Below are positions 40,262-52,779 of a stretch of DNA of 64,000 nucleotides, piece after piece. The position numbers were made by a program, and so were the translations under genes. Each line of letters opens with the position of its first letter. Position 1 is the first letter of the stretch. The stretch is taken from NCBI GenBank assembly GCA_951406725.2, contig OX597819.1, positions 73,408,001 to 73,472,000 of the forward strand, read 5' to 3'. The stretch comes from Octopus vulgaris (lineage: Eukaryota). The notes beneath the pieces are model-generated. The model did not search any database, was not told the DNA's origin, and saw only the letters and a list, made by a program, of their open reading frames with translations.

Positions 40262-40466
40262 GTGTTTGTGTTTGTCCCCCTAGCATTGCTTGACCACCGA
40301 TGCTGGTGTGTTTACGTCCCCGTCACTTAGCGGTTCAGAAAAAGAGACCGATAGAATAAGTACTGGGCTTACAAAGAATAAGTCCCGGGGTCGATTTGCT
40401 CGACTAAAGGTGGTGCTCCAGCATGGCCGCAGTCAAATGACTGAAACAAATAAAAGAGTAAAGAGT
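40038..40466 (+). mobile_element. SINE family A, full length (further copies at about 8718, 12857, 41262, 43160-43990, 52217, 52965, 54340, 55133, 57000, 57497, 61835)
   Basis: tRNA-like head GGCGCAGGAGTGGCTGTGTGGTAAG...GGGTTCAGTCCC; tail GACTGAAACAAATAAAAGAGTAAAGAG. Confidence 0.92.
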
Positions 40467-41699
40467 TTGAAGTATTAAGTTTGAAGAAAACATGAATATA
40501 AATGTAATAGTTATTATTGTCGTTCAGTCGATTGTTATATCTCGAAAATAACCTACTTTTTCATGTCATTTTGTAATTTTCATACGATTTTAATTCACAA
40601 CAATTGCAGTAAAGTTGACAAGTATTACTAGGATCGTTGTGAACTAAATAAGATCTTAGTCTTTCTAGTTTCGTCTATCTACACTCGGAAATCAATTAAA
40701 ATAAATACCAGCAATATACTGTTATTGATTCTGTAGACGAGTCAGTAGTGTCCTTATGTTTTGAGAAATAAATTGCAGCATGACCTTGAGCGAGTGAAAT
40801 AACTCTTCCTGCGAAGTAAGTAGTTCACTGCCACCCTCTCCCCCGCTACTTGACATTGGGCCATCAATACACGTGCTAAATGTTTTTAGTAGATTCCAGT
40901 TAAAATCTTTTCATTCTCCCTCATCTAAGCTTGTCACTCTTTTATCTTACAGTCAATACAGCTAAGGGAGATGCTCTACACAACCTCTCTCTCTCTCGCT
41001 TTCTCTTTTATGCTCCTTCTTTCTTTCTTTCTTTCTCTCTCTCTCTTTATTTACCTCTCTTTCTCTCTCTCACTATCTTTCTATTTATCTACCTATCTCA
41101 TTCTTCTGTTACGGTTTGGGAGAGAAAATCAATTAAAATTTTACGTATCTGTATGCTGCTTGCATGCATGCATGCATGTAAACTCTGTTTATGTAGCTAT
41201 TTATCTATGTATATGTATGTGTGTACACATACATATGTATGTAACGTCTCTTGAGGAATACTTTTATTCTTTTATTTGTTTCAGTGATTTGACTGTGGCC
41301 ATGCTGGAGCACTGCCTTTTAGTCGAAGGAATCGACCTCTGGACTTATTCTTTGTAAGCCTGGTACTTATTCTATCGGTATTTTTTGCCGAACCGCTAAG
41401 TTACGGGGACGTAAATGCACCGAGATCGGTTGTCAAGCGATGGAGACACACACACACATGATGGATTCTCCCGTCGTTAGACGACGTATGAGGGTTCTGT
41501 ATTTCCCTATCGAACAACCACACAGATGATTTGTTTATAGTGATCAAATGTTTGTGTAGACATAATCTCACTCCCTCCATCAGATCAACATTACCTGTAC
41601 AGGTGCAACGGGTGTCACATGTATGTATATCTACGTGTAAGTCTTGATGCTGTTAATTATTTGCTTTTCACACGTGCTGAATTCTTTCTATTGCACCAG

Positions 41700-43135
41700 T
41701 TTTCTTCCTTTTTCAATTCTGCGTTAACAATTGTGTCACTCCAGAGCACTGGAAAATTGCTAGTGTTGTTCCCCTGTTCAAAAAAGGTGATCGCATATCA
41801 CCTGTCAATTACCGTCTAGTCAGCCTTATTAGCTGCATCGCCAAACTGATGGAGTCCTGTGTCAGAGAAACAATCTGGAACTTTTGGAACCCTTACAGCC
41901 TTATTCGACCTTCACAATTTGGTTTTATCCCCAACTCCAGCTGCTGTGGTCAGCTCATCGAGTTTCTTGAGGACACCACCAGAGATTCTGATGGTGGCTC
42001 ATGGGTGGATGCTGTCTACCTTGATTTTGCTAAAGCCTCCAACTCTGTATCACACAAACGACTCATGGTAAAACTTTCTGCAGTGGGTGTGAAGGATGAT
42101 CTCTATAACTGGCTGAAGTCCTTCATTTGCGGTCGGAAAGTGGCAGTTACGATTCTAAGACATCATTTTTTACCCTACGAGATGATTTCTGGTGTACCAC
42201 AGGGATCCGCTCTTGGACCCCTACTGTTTGTTGCATATATTAATTATGTAGATGCCAACTTGAGGAACGTTACAGTGCTGAAATATGCAGATGATCTCAA
42301 GTTGTACTTCGAAATTAAAAGAACAGATCTTATGCGCTATAGATTTTTCATGCAATCAGACCTGGATACAATGTAGCAATGGATCTCTGACTGGCAACTC
42401 AAGCTAGCTGTGGACAAGTACATCACCATGCATTTGGGGAGGGAAAATCCAGCCTTTGCATACTCCCTCAGCAACACCAATCTCAAGAAGTCTTCTAGCG
42501 AACATGATCTTGGCATTATTGTAAACAACGATCTGCTTTGGACAAACCACATCGCTAAGATTGTCAAGAAGGCTGAGGGAGTGCCAGCATCACTCAGTAA
42601 GACCTTTGTCAGCCGCTCTCCAGCTATCTAAAATTGTATACGACAATGGTACGCCCACACTCGGAATTTGCATCACCAGTCTGGAACCCTTAACTTGCTC
42701 AGCATATAAATCTCGTGGAAACTGTTCAGAAACGTGCAACAAAACGAATACCCGCCGTCAGACATCTACCATACTCTGAATGTCTTGCTTCCCTGGGCAT
42801 GGATGCATTGAAGCTCAAACGTCTGGCAACTGACTTGGTAGACACCCACAAGATTATCCACCATCTTTCCAACAACACCAACCTTTTTGAATTCCATATG
42901 TCAAACACTCTTGGACATGTTCACAAAATCAAAAACAACACAGCACCCATGACTTTCGGAAACATTTTTTCACGTTCAGAATTGCTGAAGCGTAAAATTA
43001 ACTACCCACATCAGTTGTTAGCTGTCGAGATACTACATCCTTCAGAACTTCCATGCTTCCTGAAATCCGCCGACGGTACACCTGGTGGCCTGTTTTTTTT
43101 TTTAAGTTGTAGTGCACCTAAGCACTGTATACAAC
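41700..43135 (+). mobile_element. CR1-group LINE family 3, decayed RT fragment
   Basis: [46 protein letters not shown]. Confidence 0.9.
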
Positions 43136-43230
43136 AATTTCCTTCATTTTATTTTTATTTTTTGTACTTATTCTCTCGGTCTTTCTTTTGCCGAGCTGCT
43201 AAGTTACGGGGACGTAAACACACCAATATT

Positions 43231-43814
43231 CTTTTCTATTCTTGGCACAAGGCCCGAAATTTTTGGGGAGGGAACCAGTCGATTAGATTGACTCCAGTAC
43301 GCAACTATGAAAGTACGCAACTATGAAAGTACGCAACTATGAAAGGCAAAGTCAACCTCGGTGGAATTTGAACTTAGGACGTAAAGACAGACAAAATACC
43401 TATTTCTTTACTACCCACAAGGGGCTAAACACAGAGAGGACAAACAAGGACAGACAAACAGATTAAGTCGATTATATCGACCCCAGTGCATAAATGGTAC
43501 TTATTTAATCGACCCCGAAAGGATGAAAGTCAAAGTTAACCTCAGCAGAATTTGAACTCAGAACTTAGCGGCAGACGAAATACTTATTTCTTTACTACCC
43601 ACAAGGGTACACATAAGGGACAAACAAGGACAGACAAACGGGTTAAGTCGACTATATATACACACCAGTGCGTAACTGGTACTTAATTTATCGACCCCGA
43701 AAGGATGAAAGGTAAAGTCGACCTCGGCGGAATTTGAACTCAGAACGTAGCGGCAGACGAAATACCGCTAAGCATTTCGCCCAGCGTGCTAATGATTCTG
43801 CCAGCTCGCTCCTG
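43231..43814 (-). mobile_element. Trimeric family B SINE inserted in a family A SINE, 17-bp TSD
   Basis: GTAAACACACCAATATT at 43214-43230 and 43815-43831; three core units inside. Confidence 0.85.
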
Positions 43815-44164
43815 GTAAACACACCAATATTGGTTGTCACACACACACACAAATGACGGGTTTCTTTCAGTTTCCGTCTACCAAATCTGGCCCGGGACTA
43901 CAGCAGAAAATATTTGCCCAAGGTGCCGCGCCTTTGGAACTAAACCTGGAACCATGTGGTTGGGAAGCAAACTTCTTACCACAGAGCCACGCTTTTGCTT
44001 ATGTGTGTGTGTGTGTGCATGCTCGCGCGTATATATACAAGCTCAGCCGTGATGGATGTATAATACTGTCGATAATGTGTATATATATATATATATAAAT
44101 CTCTCTCTCTTTGTATGTATGTGTGTGTATGTTGTTGTTATTGTTATTATTGTTGTTGTTGTTG

Positions 44165-44268
<104 letters not shown>

Positions 44269-44586
44269 TAAAATAAATTTAGTCTACTAACAGTCTTTTT
44301 GTGTTCCCGATTGTGAAATTACATTCCCACAATTAATTTTTTTTTTAACACGAAACCGTTCGGTAACATGAAATTGGCTGTTATGAAACTCAATTTATAA
44401 TACTATATAAATAATATACCCACTCTATTTCCTGATACATTTTCTGACTTATGAAAACTTATTGGACAACTACATCTCTCTCTCTCTTTCTATCTGTATT
44501 TCTACTTCTCTTCCTCTCTCTGTGTATGTTTCTCTCTCTCTATGTATGTAACTTTCATTCTCTTTACATGTATATATGTATGTTTG

Positions 44587-44686
<100 letters not shown>

Positions 44687-44766
44687 CATATACTCTTTTA
44701 CTCTTTTACTTGTTTCAGCCATCCGGCTGAGGCCATGCTGGGGCACCGCCCTTGTTGCTACCATCT

Positions 44767-47700
44767 CTAAGTCCAGTTTGCCGTGGCTGGCCACTGATCT
44801 AAGAGAGAGTTTGTAGCTGCTGCCCTTAGGTTACCTTCGTACCTTGCAGTGGGTTCATCTGGGATCCCGGAAAGCAGCTTGTCTAGATGTTTTTTGAAAA
44901 TGTCCACATCCGCATCATGTAGATCTCTTAGTTTTCTTGGCAGTTTGTTGAAAAGCTGAGGGCCCCTGAACCCCAGGCTATTACAGTATCTGCTCCTTAC
45001 CCTGGATGTGGAAGACGGGACCTTTGGCACCACACAGTGACGTCCTGTACGGGGATTGGAACAGCTCTCAATTCCAAAATTTGGTGCTAGTCCCTCCAGG
45101 ATTTTCCATATGTATATCACTGCATATCTCTCTCGTCTTCGTTCCAAGGAGTACAAATTGAGTTCCCTAAGCCTCTCCCAATAGTTCTTTTCTTTCATGG
45201 TGGAAATCCTCTTGGTGAAATGTCTTTGGATTGTCTCAAGCTCTGTGGTTAGTTTGACACTATGCGGTGACCACAGTTGGGAGCAGTAGTCCAGGCGGCT
45301 TAGGACAAATGTCCTCCATAGTGTCAACATGGTCTCGCAGTCTCTTGTCCGGAATGTCCTCAGGATCCAGCCAGTGAGTCGTCTGCACATTGTCGCCACC
45401 TTCGCGATGTGTGAAGAAAAAGATGCATCGTCACTCATGTCTATCCCCAGGTCCCGTATTGATTTCGATACTGGGATTTCGATCCCTCCTGGACCAGTAT
45501 AGTTGTGTTGTAATGTATATGTGTTTACAGCTTGATATTGTAAGGCTTGAAATTTACCAGCATTAAATTGCATGTTGTTGTCTTCAGCCCATTTGTATAT
45601 GGCATCCAGATCTTGTTGTAAAAGGTCAGCATCAGCTGGGTTTTTGATTGCCTGTGCTACCTTTGTGTCATCAGCATAGCTAGTGAGGGATGTTGTTTGT
45701 GCTACCAAGGGCATGTCAGAGAGCGCCACCAAAAACAGCAAGGGTCCCAAGACTGTGCCCTGTGGCACCCCGCTTGCTATTGGTGTCTTTCCCGAGAGGG
45801 CTCCATTGGCTGCAACCATCTGGCTTCTGTCCTTCAGGAAGTCATGTATCCACTCACCTACTTTTCCTGTTATGCCGAGTCTGAGTAATTTGTGACATAT
45901 CACTCCGTGGTCGACTTTGTCAAAGGCCTTCGCAAAGTCGAGATATACCACATCCACCTGTGAGCGATCCAGTAGTTGTTTCAGTACCCAGTCGTAGTGT
46001 TGTAACAGCTGCGTAAGGCAGCTTCTTCCTGGGCGAAAGCCATGCTGTGTGTCAGTGAGACGGTTAGTTTCTTCGAGGAACGTGATCAGTTTTTTTCTGA
46101 TGATTCGTTCCATGACCTTACTTATGTGTGACGTCAGGGAGACTGGCCTGTAGTTTTTGGCCTCTGCTCTACTCCCTCCTTTGTGGATAGGGCATATGGT
46201 GCCTTCTTTTAGCGCCCTGGGCAGTTTACCGTTAGCCAAGGAACCACTGAAGAGCTTCTTCAGTGGTCCCGCTAGGGCATGCCTGCATGTTTTTAGGAGG
46301 ACTGCTGGGAATCCATCTGGTCCAGCAGCTGAGTTTATTCTCATTTCTTCTATGGCAGATATTACATCCCTCTCTGTTATGTCTATGTGGTCGATGGTTG
46401 TTGTTTGGTTTTGGAGTGTTGTGGCATCAAAGAAAACTTCTGGGTTTGTGATTTGCATGTGCCCCAGAGGGGATGTGAACACACTTTTATACTGTTCCTT
46501 TAGTATTTCACTTATCCCTTGGGGGTCCTCAGTTAGAGAGCCCTTTTTATCAAAGAGTGGGCCAATCTTGCAGTGTACCGAGGTGGTTTCTTTCGCAAAT
46601 TTAAAGAAGGCTTTAGGGTTTGTTTTAATATTCTCTATGGCCCTGGCTTCTCTCTCTGCCCTCTCCTTCTCATAGGAAAGTTTGAGTGCAGTTTCCGTTT
46701 CAAAAAGTTTCAGGTGGAGTCCCTCATTGTTTCTCTGCCGTGCATTCAGTTGCTTCGAGAGCTTAGCTCTTCGCCTCATAAGTATTTTCCTGTCTCTGGG
46801 AATAACGTTCCTATGCCCGCTGGCTTTTTTCTCCGGGACAAACTTATGGCATATGTTCTGTATTGTTGTCATGAAATGTTGGAAATGTGTGTTGGTGTCT
46901 TGTGTGGTGATGAAGTCACTCCAGTCATGTTTTCGGATCTCTTCGTTGATCTTCTTCCAGTTTGCCTTATGGAAGTTTAGACTGGATAGGCCTGTGGTAT
47001 TTTCTAATGGCTGCGTCTCAACTAACTCTCTCATACCATATATCATTACCTCTACTAAGTTGTGATCTGAGAGAATTGTTGGTGTTACCATTATGTTGTG
47101 GATGAGCATCGGGTTGCTTGTGAAACAGAGGTCCAAGACATTCTCACCTCTTGTTGGCCAAAGCACTGCTTGCTCCATGAAAAACTTGCGTGTGAGAGCC
47201 AACAAGGACTCTGTCTGTCTCTGTTCAAGTGATGTCATTCCAGGGAGGAGATGGCCATCTGGCCATTTGACTTTCGGAAGGTTAAAATCTCCCAGCAGTA
47301 GAATGGTGTTACCCTGGTCCAGTTTGTCCAGGACTTCTTCTATTCTTCTGAGGCTATCTTCAAACACTCCTTCATGACTAGGGGTGTCTGGTGGCCGATA
47401 TGTGACACATATTACTATTTTCGGTTGTTTCATGTGTACTATCAGTGTGTCACAGACTGAGTTTGAGTGTGTCAACAGTACTATGGGTGTGACATCTTCA
47501 CGGACGTACAGGGCAACCCCACCATGAGTTCTTTCCTTCCTGTCCGACCGAAAAACAGTATACTTCGGTATGTGTATTTCTGCATCTGCTATACTGCTTG
47601 ACAGGTGCGTTTCAGTCAGCGCTATGCATATTGCATGGTTGCTTGTGCTCAAGTCCCTAAGGTAAGGAATTTTACCCATATTAGTGGGTTTCACCAGACC

Positions 47701-47790
47701 TCTGACATTCAGCAGAAGCACTGGTGAGACACCCGGGGTGTCAATAAAGGCTGACGGTGTGGCACCTGGGCCGGCGTCAGCGGTGGCCAC
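44767..47790 (-). CDS. LINE ORF2: APE endonuclease plus reverse transcriptase (1007 aa from a GTG; frame open up to 47967)
   Basis: APE: LNVRGL, ALTETHL, GGV, YRPP, GDFN, LDLCF, SDH; RT: [42 protein letters not shown]; CR1-type [11 protein letters not shown]. True start uncertain. Confidence 0.95.
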   Translation of the reverse strand: MATADAGPGATPSAFIDTPGVSPVLLLNVRGLVKPTNMGKIPYLRDLSTSNHAICIALTETHLSSSIADAEIHIPKYTVFRSDRKERTHGGVALYVREDVTPIVLLTHSNSVCDTLIVHMKQPKIVICVTYRPPDTPSHEGVFEDSLRRIEEVLDKLDQGNTILLLGDFNLPKVKWPDGHLLPGMTSLEQRQTESLLALTRKFFMEQAVLWPTRGENVLDLCFTSNPMLIHNIMVTPTILSDHNLVEVMIYGMRELVETQPLENTTGLSSLNFHKANWKKINEEIRKHDWSDFITTQDTNTHFQHFMTTIQNICHKFVPEKKASGHRNVIPRDRKILMRRRAKLSKQLNARQRNNEGLHLKLFETETALKLSYEKERAEREARAIENIKTNPKAFFKFAKETTSVHCKIGPLFDKKGSLTEDPQGISEILKEQYKSVFTSPLGHMQITNPEVFFDATTLQNQTTTIDHIDITERDVISAIEEMRINSAAGPDGFPAVLLKTCRHALAGPLKKLFSGSLANGKLPRALKEGTICPIHKGGSRAEAKNYRPVSLTSHISKVMERIIRKKLITFLEETNRLTDTQHGFRPGRSCLTQLLQHYDWVLKQLLDRSQVDVVYLDFAKAFDKVDHGVICHKLLRLGITGKVGEWIHDFLKDRSQMVAANGALSGKTPIASGVPQGTVLGPLLFLVALSDMPLVAQTTSLTSYADDTKVAQAIKNPADADLLQQDLDAIYKWAEDNNMQFNAGKFQALQYQAVNTYTLQHNYTGPGGIEIPVSKSIRDLGIDMSDDASFSSHIAKVATMCRRLTGWILRTFRTRDCETMLTLWRTFVLSRLDYCSQLWSPHSVKLTTELETIQRHFTKRISTMKEKNYWERLRELNLYSLERRRERYAVIYIWKILEGLAPNFGIESCSNPRTGRHCVVPKVPSSTSRVRSRYCNSLGFRGPQLFNKLPRKLRDLHDADVDIFKKHLDKLLSGIPDEPTARYEGNLRAAATNSLLDQWPATANWT

Positions 47791-48037
47791 CCTGGGTCCC
47801 TTGATTGTGGTGGTCTTGAGTGCTGTTGTGAGTGCCCCTGGCTCTGAAGACGATGTATCCAGGCCAGTTGTCCCACAATTTTCTCTGCCATTTCCACAAA
47901 ATTTCTTTGTTCTGCTGCCGCCGTCTGCATTTCCTCTGCAAATGTGCGCCTTCTCCTTGTTGGGGCATTACGCACTATGTCTGCATATTTCTGGGGCAGC
48001 TTGTATTTGTTCTGGTTTTGGTTAAGGCATTTTGGCT
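47709..48037 (-). pseudogene. Probable C-terminal part of LINE ORF1, overlapping ORF2
   Basis: About 109 open codons from the truncation point: [10 protein letters not shown]...[28 protein letters not shown] (helical then Q/P-rich tail); TGA falls at the ORF2 LN codons. Confidence 0.65.
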
Positions 48038-48483
<446 letters not shown>

Positions 48484-48967
48484 CAGACATAGACCTATGT
48501 ATGAAAAGAAGAGTAAAGAAGCCAATAAACGCAGCGATTACAACCACCTAATGAATTATGATTCTTAAAATTTAAGTTGCAAAGGGGTTAAACTGCTTTG
48601 CATGCGTTTCAATTGTTCTAGTTTATGTTTATTTTTGTCAGTAGTTGCCCAAATGTTATCAATAGCAAAATCATAATTACTGATTGAACAGAAATCATCA
48701 ATTCATATATGTAGTATCGAAGATAATGGTCTTAACGATTGACGAGTCACCAACAAGACGTCGGAATACATAAACGATGACAATAAGCAATAAAAAAAGA
48801 AAAAAAAAGGAAAATCCAACATCGTGACGTCCTATAAAATAATATCCGTACTTGGGTGAATCATAGACATTTGTAGGGTCGTCTTCTACACAAGGGTATG
48901 GTGGTAGACGCATGCTTGAGAGCATACCATAAAGGGGGGTTTTCTAAACCTCTATTCATGTGATTGG

Positions 48968-48999
<32 letters not shown>

Positions 49000-49580
49000 A
49001 TGTATGTATGTATGTATGTATGTATGTATGTATTATGCATGCATACGTGTGTGTGTATAATATATATCTCATGTATACGTATATGAATCAACACGTGTGG
49101 GCTTGTAGTGTGATTATATGTGTGTGTGTGGGTGCATGTGATTGTGCTTGTATGTATGTGTACGAGTATATATGCATGTGTGTGTAATATTTATATATTA
49201 TAATCGGAAATTTCCTAATGAAGGGAAGGGAAAAAATTGAAAATGCGCCAGATACATGGCATAGATATATTATATTCATATTTTTAACTGTGGCACATAT
49301 GCATATAATGCGTGTATATAAATGCACGCATACAATATACATATATGACTGATTAAGTATATAAATATATACACATTGTCATTGTCTTCGTAAGCGAGTT
49401 AAAAGCTTGTTCCGAGTGTCCATCGAAACGACAACAATGAGAAAGATAAAAAGCAAGAGAGAGAAAGAGAGGGAAATACGAGAGAGAAAGAGAAAGAGAG
49501 AGAGAGAGAGAGAAAGGTCAAAGTGCATGAGACGTGAAGTGGGAGTAGTGGCAGGAAGAGGAGAGAAAGCGATGACCAGT

Positions 49581-49594
49581 TGACGTCACGTGAC
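49581..49594. promoter_or_regulatory. Overlapping CRE (TGACGTCA) and CLEAR/E-box (GTCACGTGAC)
   Basis: TGACGTCACGTGAC in unique CpG-retaining DNA about 1 kb upstream of the candidate first exon. Confidence 0.6.
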
Positions 49595-50111
49595 TCCTCC
49601 AATTCAACCCAGCTTCACTTTCCCACAAAGACAAGCACACGCGCGCACCGTGGGGTTCGTCCTTGTGTTTACCACTTGGTTTCTCGACCCCCTTTTTCTC
49701 TCTCGACACCTCTGTTGCTACTAATCACACACACACACGCACACATATACGATCGTCAACATGTATGGCTGTTGCAGCAGCGGCAACAACAGCAGTGATA
49801 GTAGCAGCAGCAGCAACTGGTGCTGCCTGCCATACAGTTTGTGATAGTGGCAGCTCCTAGAAGTCTCACCTCGGGGGGGTTATTGAAAATGTGACATATA
49901 CCCACAAATACATATACACACACATTCACATACACACATATTACACACATTATTAAAAACATTTATTTGCTGATATGCTTTTTACAGAGGCTATATAAAT
50001 ATATATATATATATATATTATAAATGCATATATATTTTTAAATGGCATCTTGCAATCTTTGATTTAATTCAACCACAGGAATGTAAAGATAAAAAAAAGA
50101 CGTACGTATAT

Positions 50112-50156
<45 letters not shown>

Positions 50157-50562
50157 CACACACACACACATACATACGTATTTGTATGTATATTCTTACA
50201 CACATCGCACCAATCTATGTGTATGTAGATTTTATTCATTGATTCAAACAAGCTTTGTAGGTAATGAAAAGGAATGTTATTCAAGTAAGGATCACAGAAA
50301 TCTTCCTTTTCTCTCTGCCCTCCTTTTGATCTTCCCCCGCCACAAAAATTAGCCTCCCCCCGTTTCTTCTTTCCTTCCTTATTTCATTCATTGAGTTTCT
50401 CGAACGACGGGAGCGGAAGAATCTGTTCATTGTAGCTTTTGCCTCAACCATAAAAGCTATCCTTGGAAACAATACATTTCCGTGGGCTTACCCATCACTG
50501 CTTGCTTTCCATTTTGCCAGTCTCCCATTCAGTCGGATCTATGGAGCAATACTAGCAGCGAC

Positions 50563-50614
50563 ATGGGAGATGAGAATAATGTATGGAGACCCTCCAAAGA
50601 GAAGTACGGTGTAG
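50563..50614 (+). CDS. Candidate first coding exon of an unidentified host gene (MGDENNVWRPSKEKYGV, phase-1 intron)
   Basis: Kozak-like GACATGG; perfect donor AG|GTAAGT at 50614/50615; unique non-repeat context; no downstream exon identified. Confidence 0.55.
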
Positions 50615-52695
50615 GTAAGTACCAGCTAGACCCAACTTACACATTAACAATGTTTTCTTCCACTGCCATATATCCACACTCATTTACACACATATCTATA
50701 AAATATGTTTTTATATAATTACATTTCATTTACACTGAAGTATGTTCTTTATGAACGTGTTCATGTTTGTTTTATGAGAACCTCTTGATTAATCCAATTA
50801 AATGACGCTTGTCTGTGTTAATAATGTAAACGCCTTGTTTATCAAGATGCGTGCGCGTGTGTATGGGTTTATGACAAAAGAAACAACTTTTTTTTAAAAA
50901 TCTTTATTAGATCAATAACTGCTTTAAACTTCCGTAAGTCGAAACGTATAGTTCTAAACGTTGGTTGAAGTTAAAACAGGTTATGAACAGATGATTTAAA
51001 ATGAATTAACGGAAATGTTTCGAGGTTCTAAACTCTTCATAGTCTGTGAATTTCTCTAAATATATATATATATATATGTGTGGCAGTGTACGTGTGTGTG
51101 TGTGTAATTAACACCTTCCAATATCATGAATCTTTTCCTAACCGAAAACACCAAATCCTGTCTCAACTACAATCTTTCTCTGTCCCTGATAGACACCTCA
51201 CACCAATATAATTTGGCCATCGTACAATATACCCTTGTCATATTATTTCTGTTGTTGGAACAGACTAGACGAAAAACATTCTTGTGTGTGTGTGTGTATA
51301 TATATATAAATATATATATGTATGTATGTATTGTCATAAACATCCACCCGTGTCGAAATGTTCACCCCACTAAACTATATACTGTCTTGCTTCCTCCAGC
51401 CGAAGACATTACAGTTGTTAATCATTGCAGTCTTTGTACCAAATGGTGGTGGTTGGGGCGGTGTTTTATTTTCGAGATATATTTTATTTGTAAAAACATT
51501 CCTTTTGAGTAAATATGATCAACATACATATAAGTATATAATTCTGATAACTGTTGGCCCATGGAGTTGGTTGTTACGAAATCAGTTCTAATCATGGAAA
51601 GTATATTTAATCACACTTGCCTAATTACTGTCTTGTGTCATCGTAGGTTGAGGCTTTCTACGCACACACACACACATGCACTGTCGGGCCTGAATTTGTA
51701 GTATTTGTTTGGAACGAAAGATTGTGTGTGTGTGTGTACGACGTATATGTATGTATATACTCACAAACACTCCCTCCCTGTCTCTGTCACCTGCATATGT
51801 GTGCTGGACACACACACTATAAATATATGTGTGTGTGCTTATGCTTGTGTGTATTTAATGTAATCGTATTCAATATCCTGCTTGTATATTCTATATCCGG
51901 GGTTGATTTTTTTTTTTTTTACAACAGAAGCAAATCTGCTTTCCTTTTATAAAATTTGAAATGTTTAGCATGTCACACGCACATATAAGCACACACACAC
52001 ACACACGGTACAAGCCGCATACCCGCTTTGGCTGCGTTAGATTGTCTGTGGGAGGTTTAATGCTAATCCTTTGGGACAAACCCTATCTTCTGCTAATAGC
52101 GACTTTTACTTAACTTGTTCACATCGGTTTGTCTGTAGGATGTTTAAGGCCTCTCTCATGTAAATTCGCTATAGATATATGGGGATACTCTTACGTGTGT
52201 GTGTGTGTGTGTGTGCAGGCATGGGTGTATGGTTAAAAAATCTCGTTCGGCATCCACGTGGTTTTGGGTTCGGCCCCTTTACAGCAAGTGTCTTATAATA
52301 TTACCAGATTGAAGGAAACGAAGAAAGCTTGTGTGTCTCTCTTTGCTCCCCCACCATCGCTCGACAAACGGTGTTATGCCCTCCATAACTTAGCAGTTTG
52401 CTCAAAGAACCGATAGAATAAGTACCAGATTTGAAAATAAGCATAAGAGTCGATCTATTCTACGGAACTCTTCAAGGCAGTGCACCAGTATGGTCGCTAC
52501 CCAGTGACTGACACGAGTAAAAGGCAAGACATGTTTTTCCTACTCATTGGCATAGAGACCGTCGCGAGATACAAAAACACTCTCAGATATACGTTTAGAC
52601 ATTCGAATGTGTGTGTGCACATATATTTAGACACAAGTGTATGTATGTGTGTGTGTGTGTAGACAGGTATGTCTATATATACAAACACAGATATG

Positions 52696-52741
<46 letters not shown>

Positions 52742-52744
52742 TAA

Positions 52745-52779
<35 letters not shown>

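Larger units (their letters stand above)
44691..48037 (-). mobile_element. Young CR1-group LINE: ORF1 3' remnant, intact ORF2, 76-nt 3'UTR ending in (TAAAAGAG)2; 5'-truncated; (TA)n on both flanks
   Basis: Uninterrupted ORF2; tail at 44691-44750; TA tracts at 44591-44690 and 48085-48436. Confidence 0.97.

Noticed and set aside
45683-47377. Plus-strand ORFs opposite LINE ORF2
   Set aside because: Antisense shadows of a long coding frame
47777-47968. 63-aa third-frame ORF starting in a TAATG overlap
   Set aside because: Not in the ORF2 frame and no recognisable motif, so it cannot supply the ORF2 start
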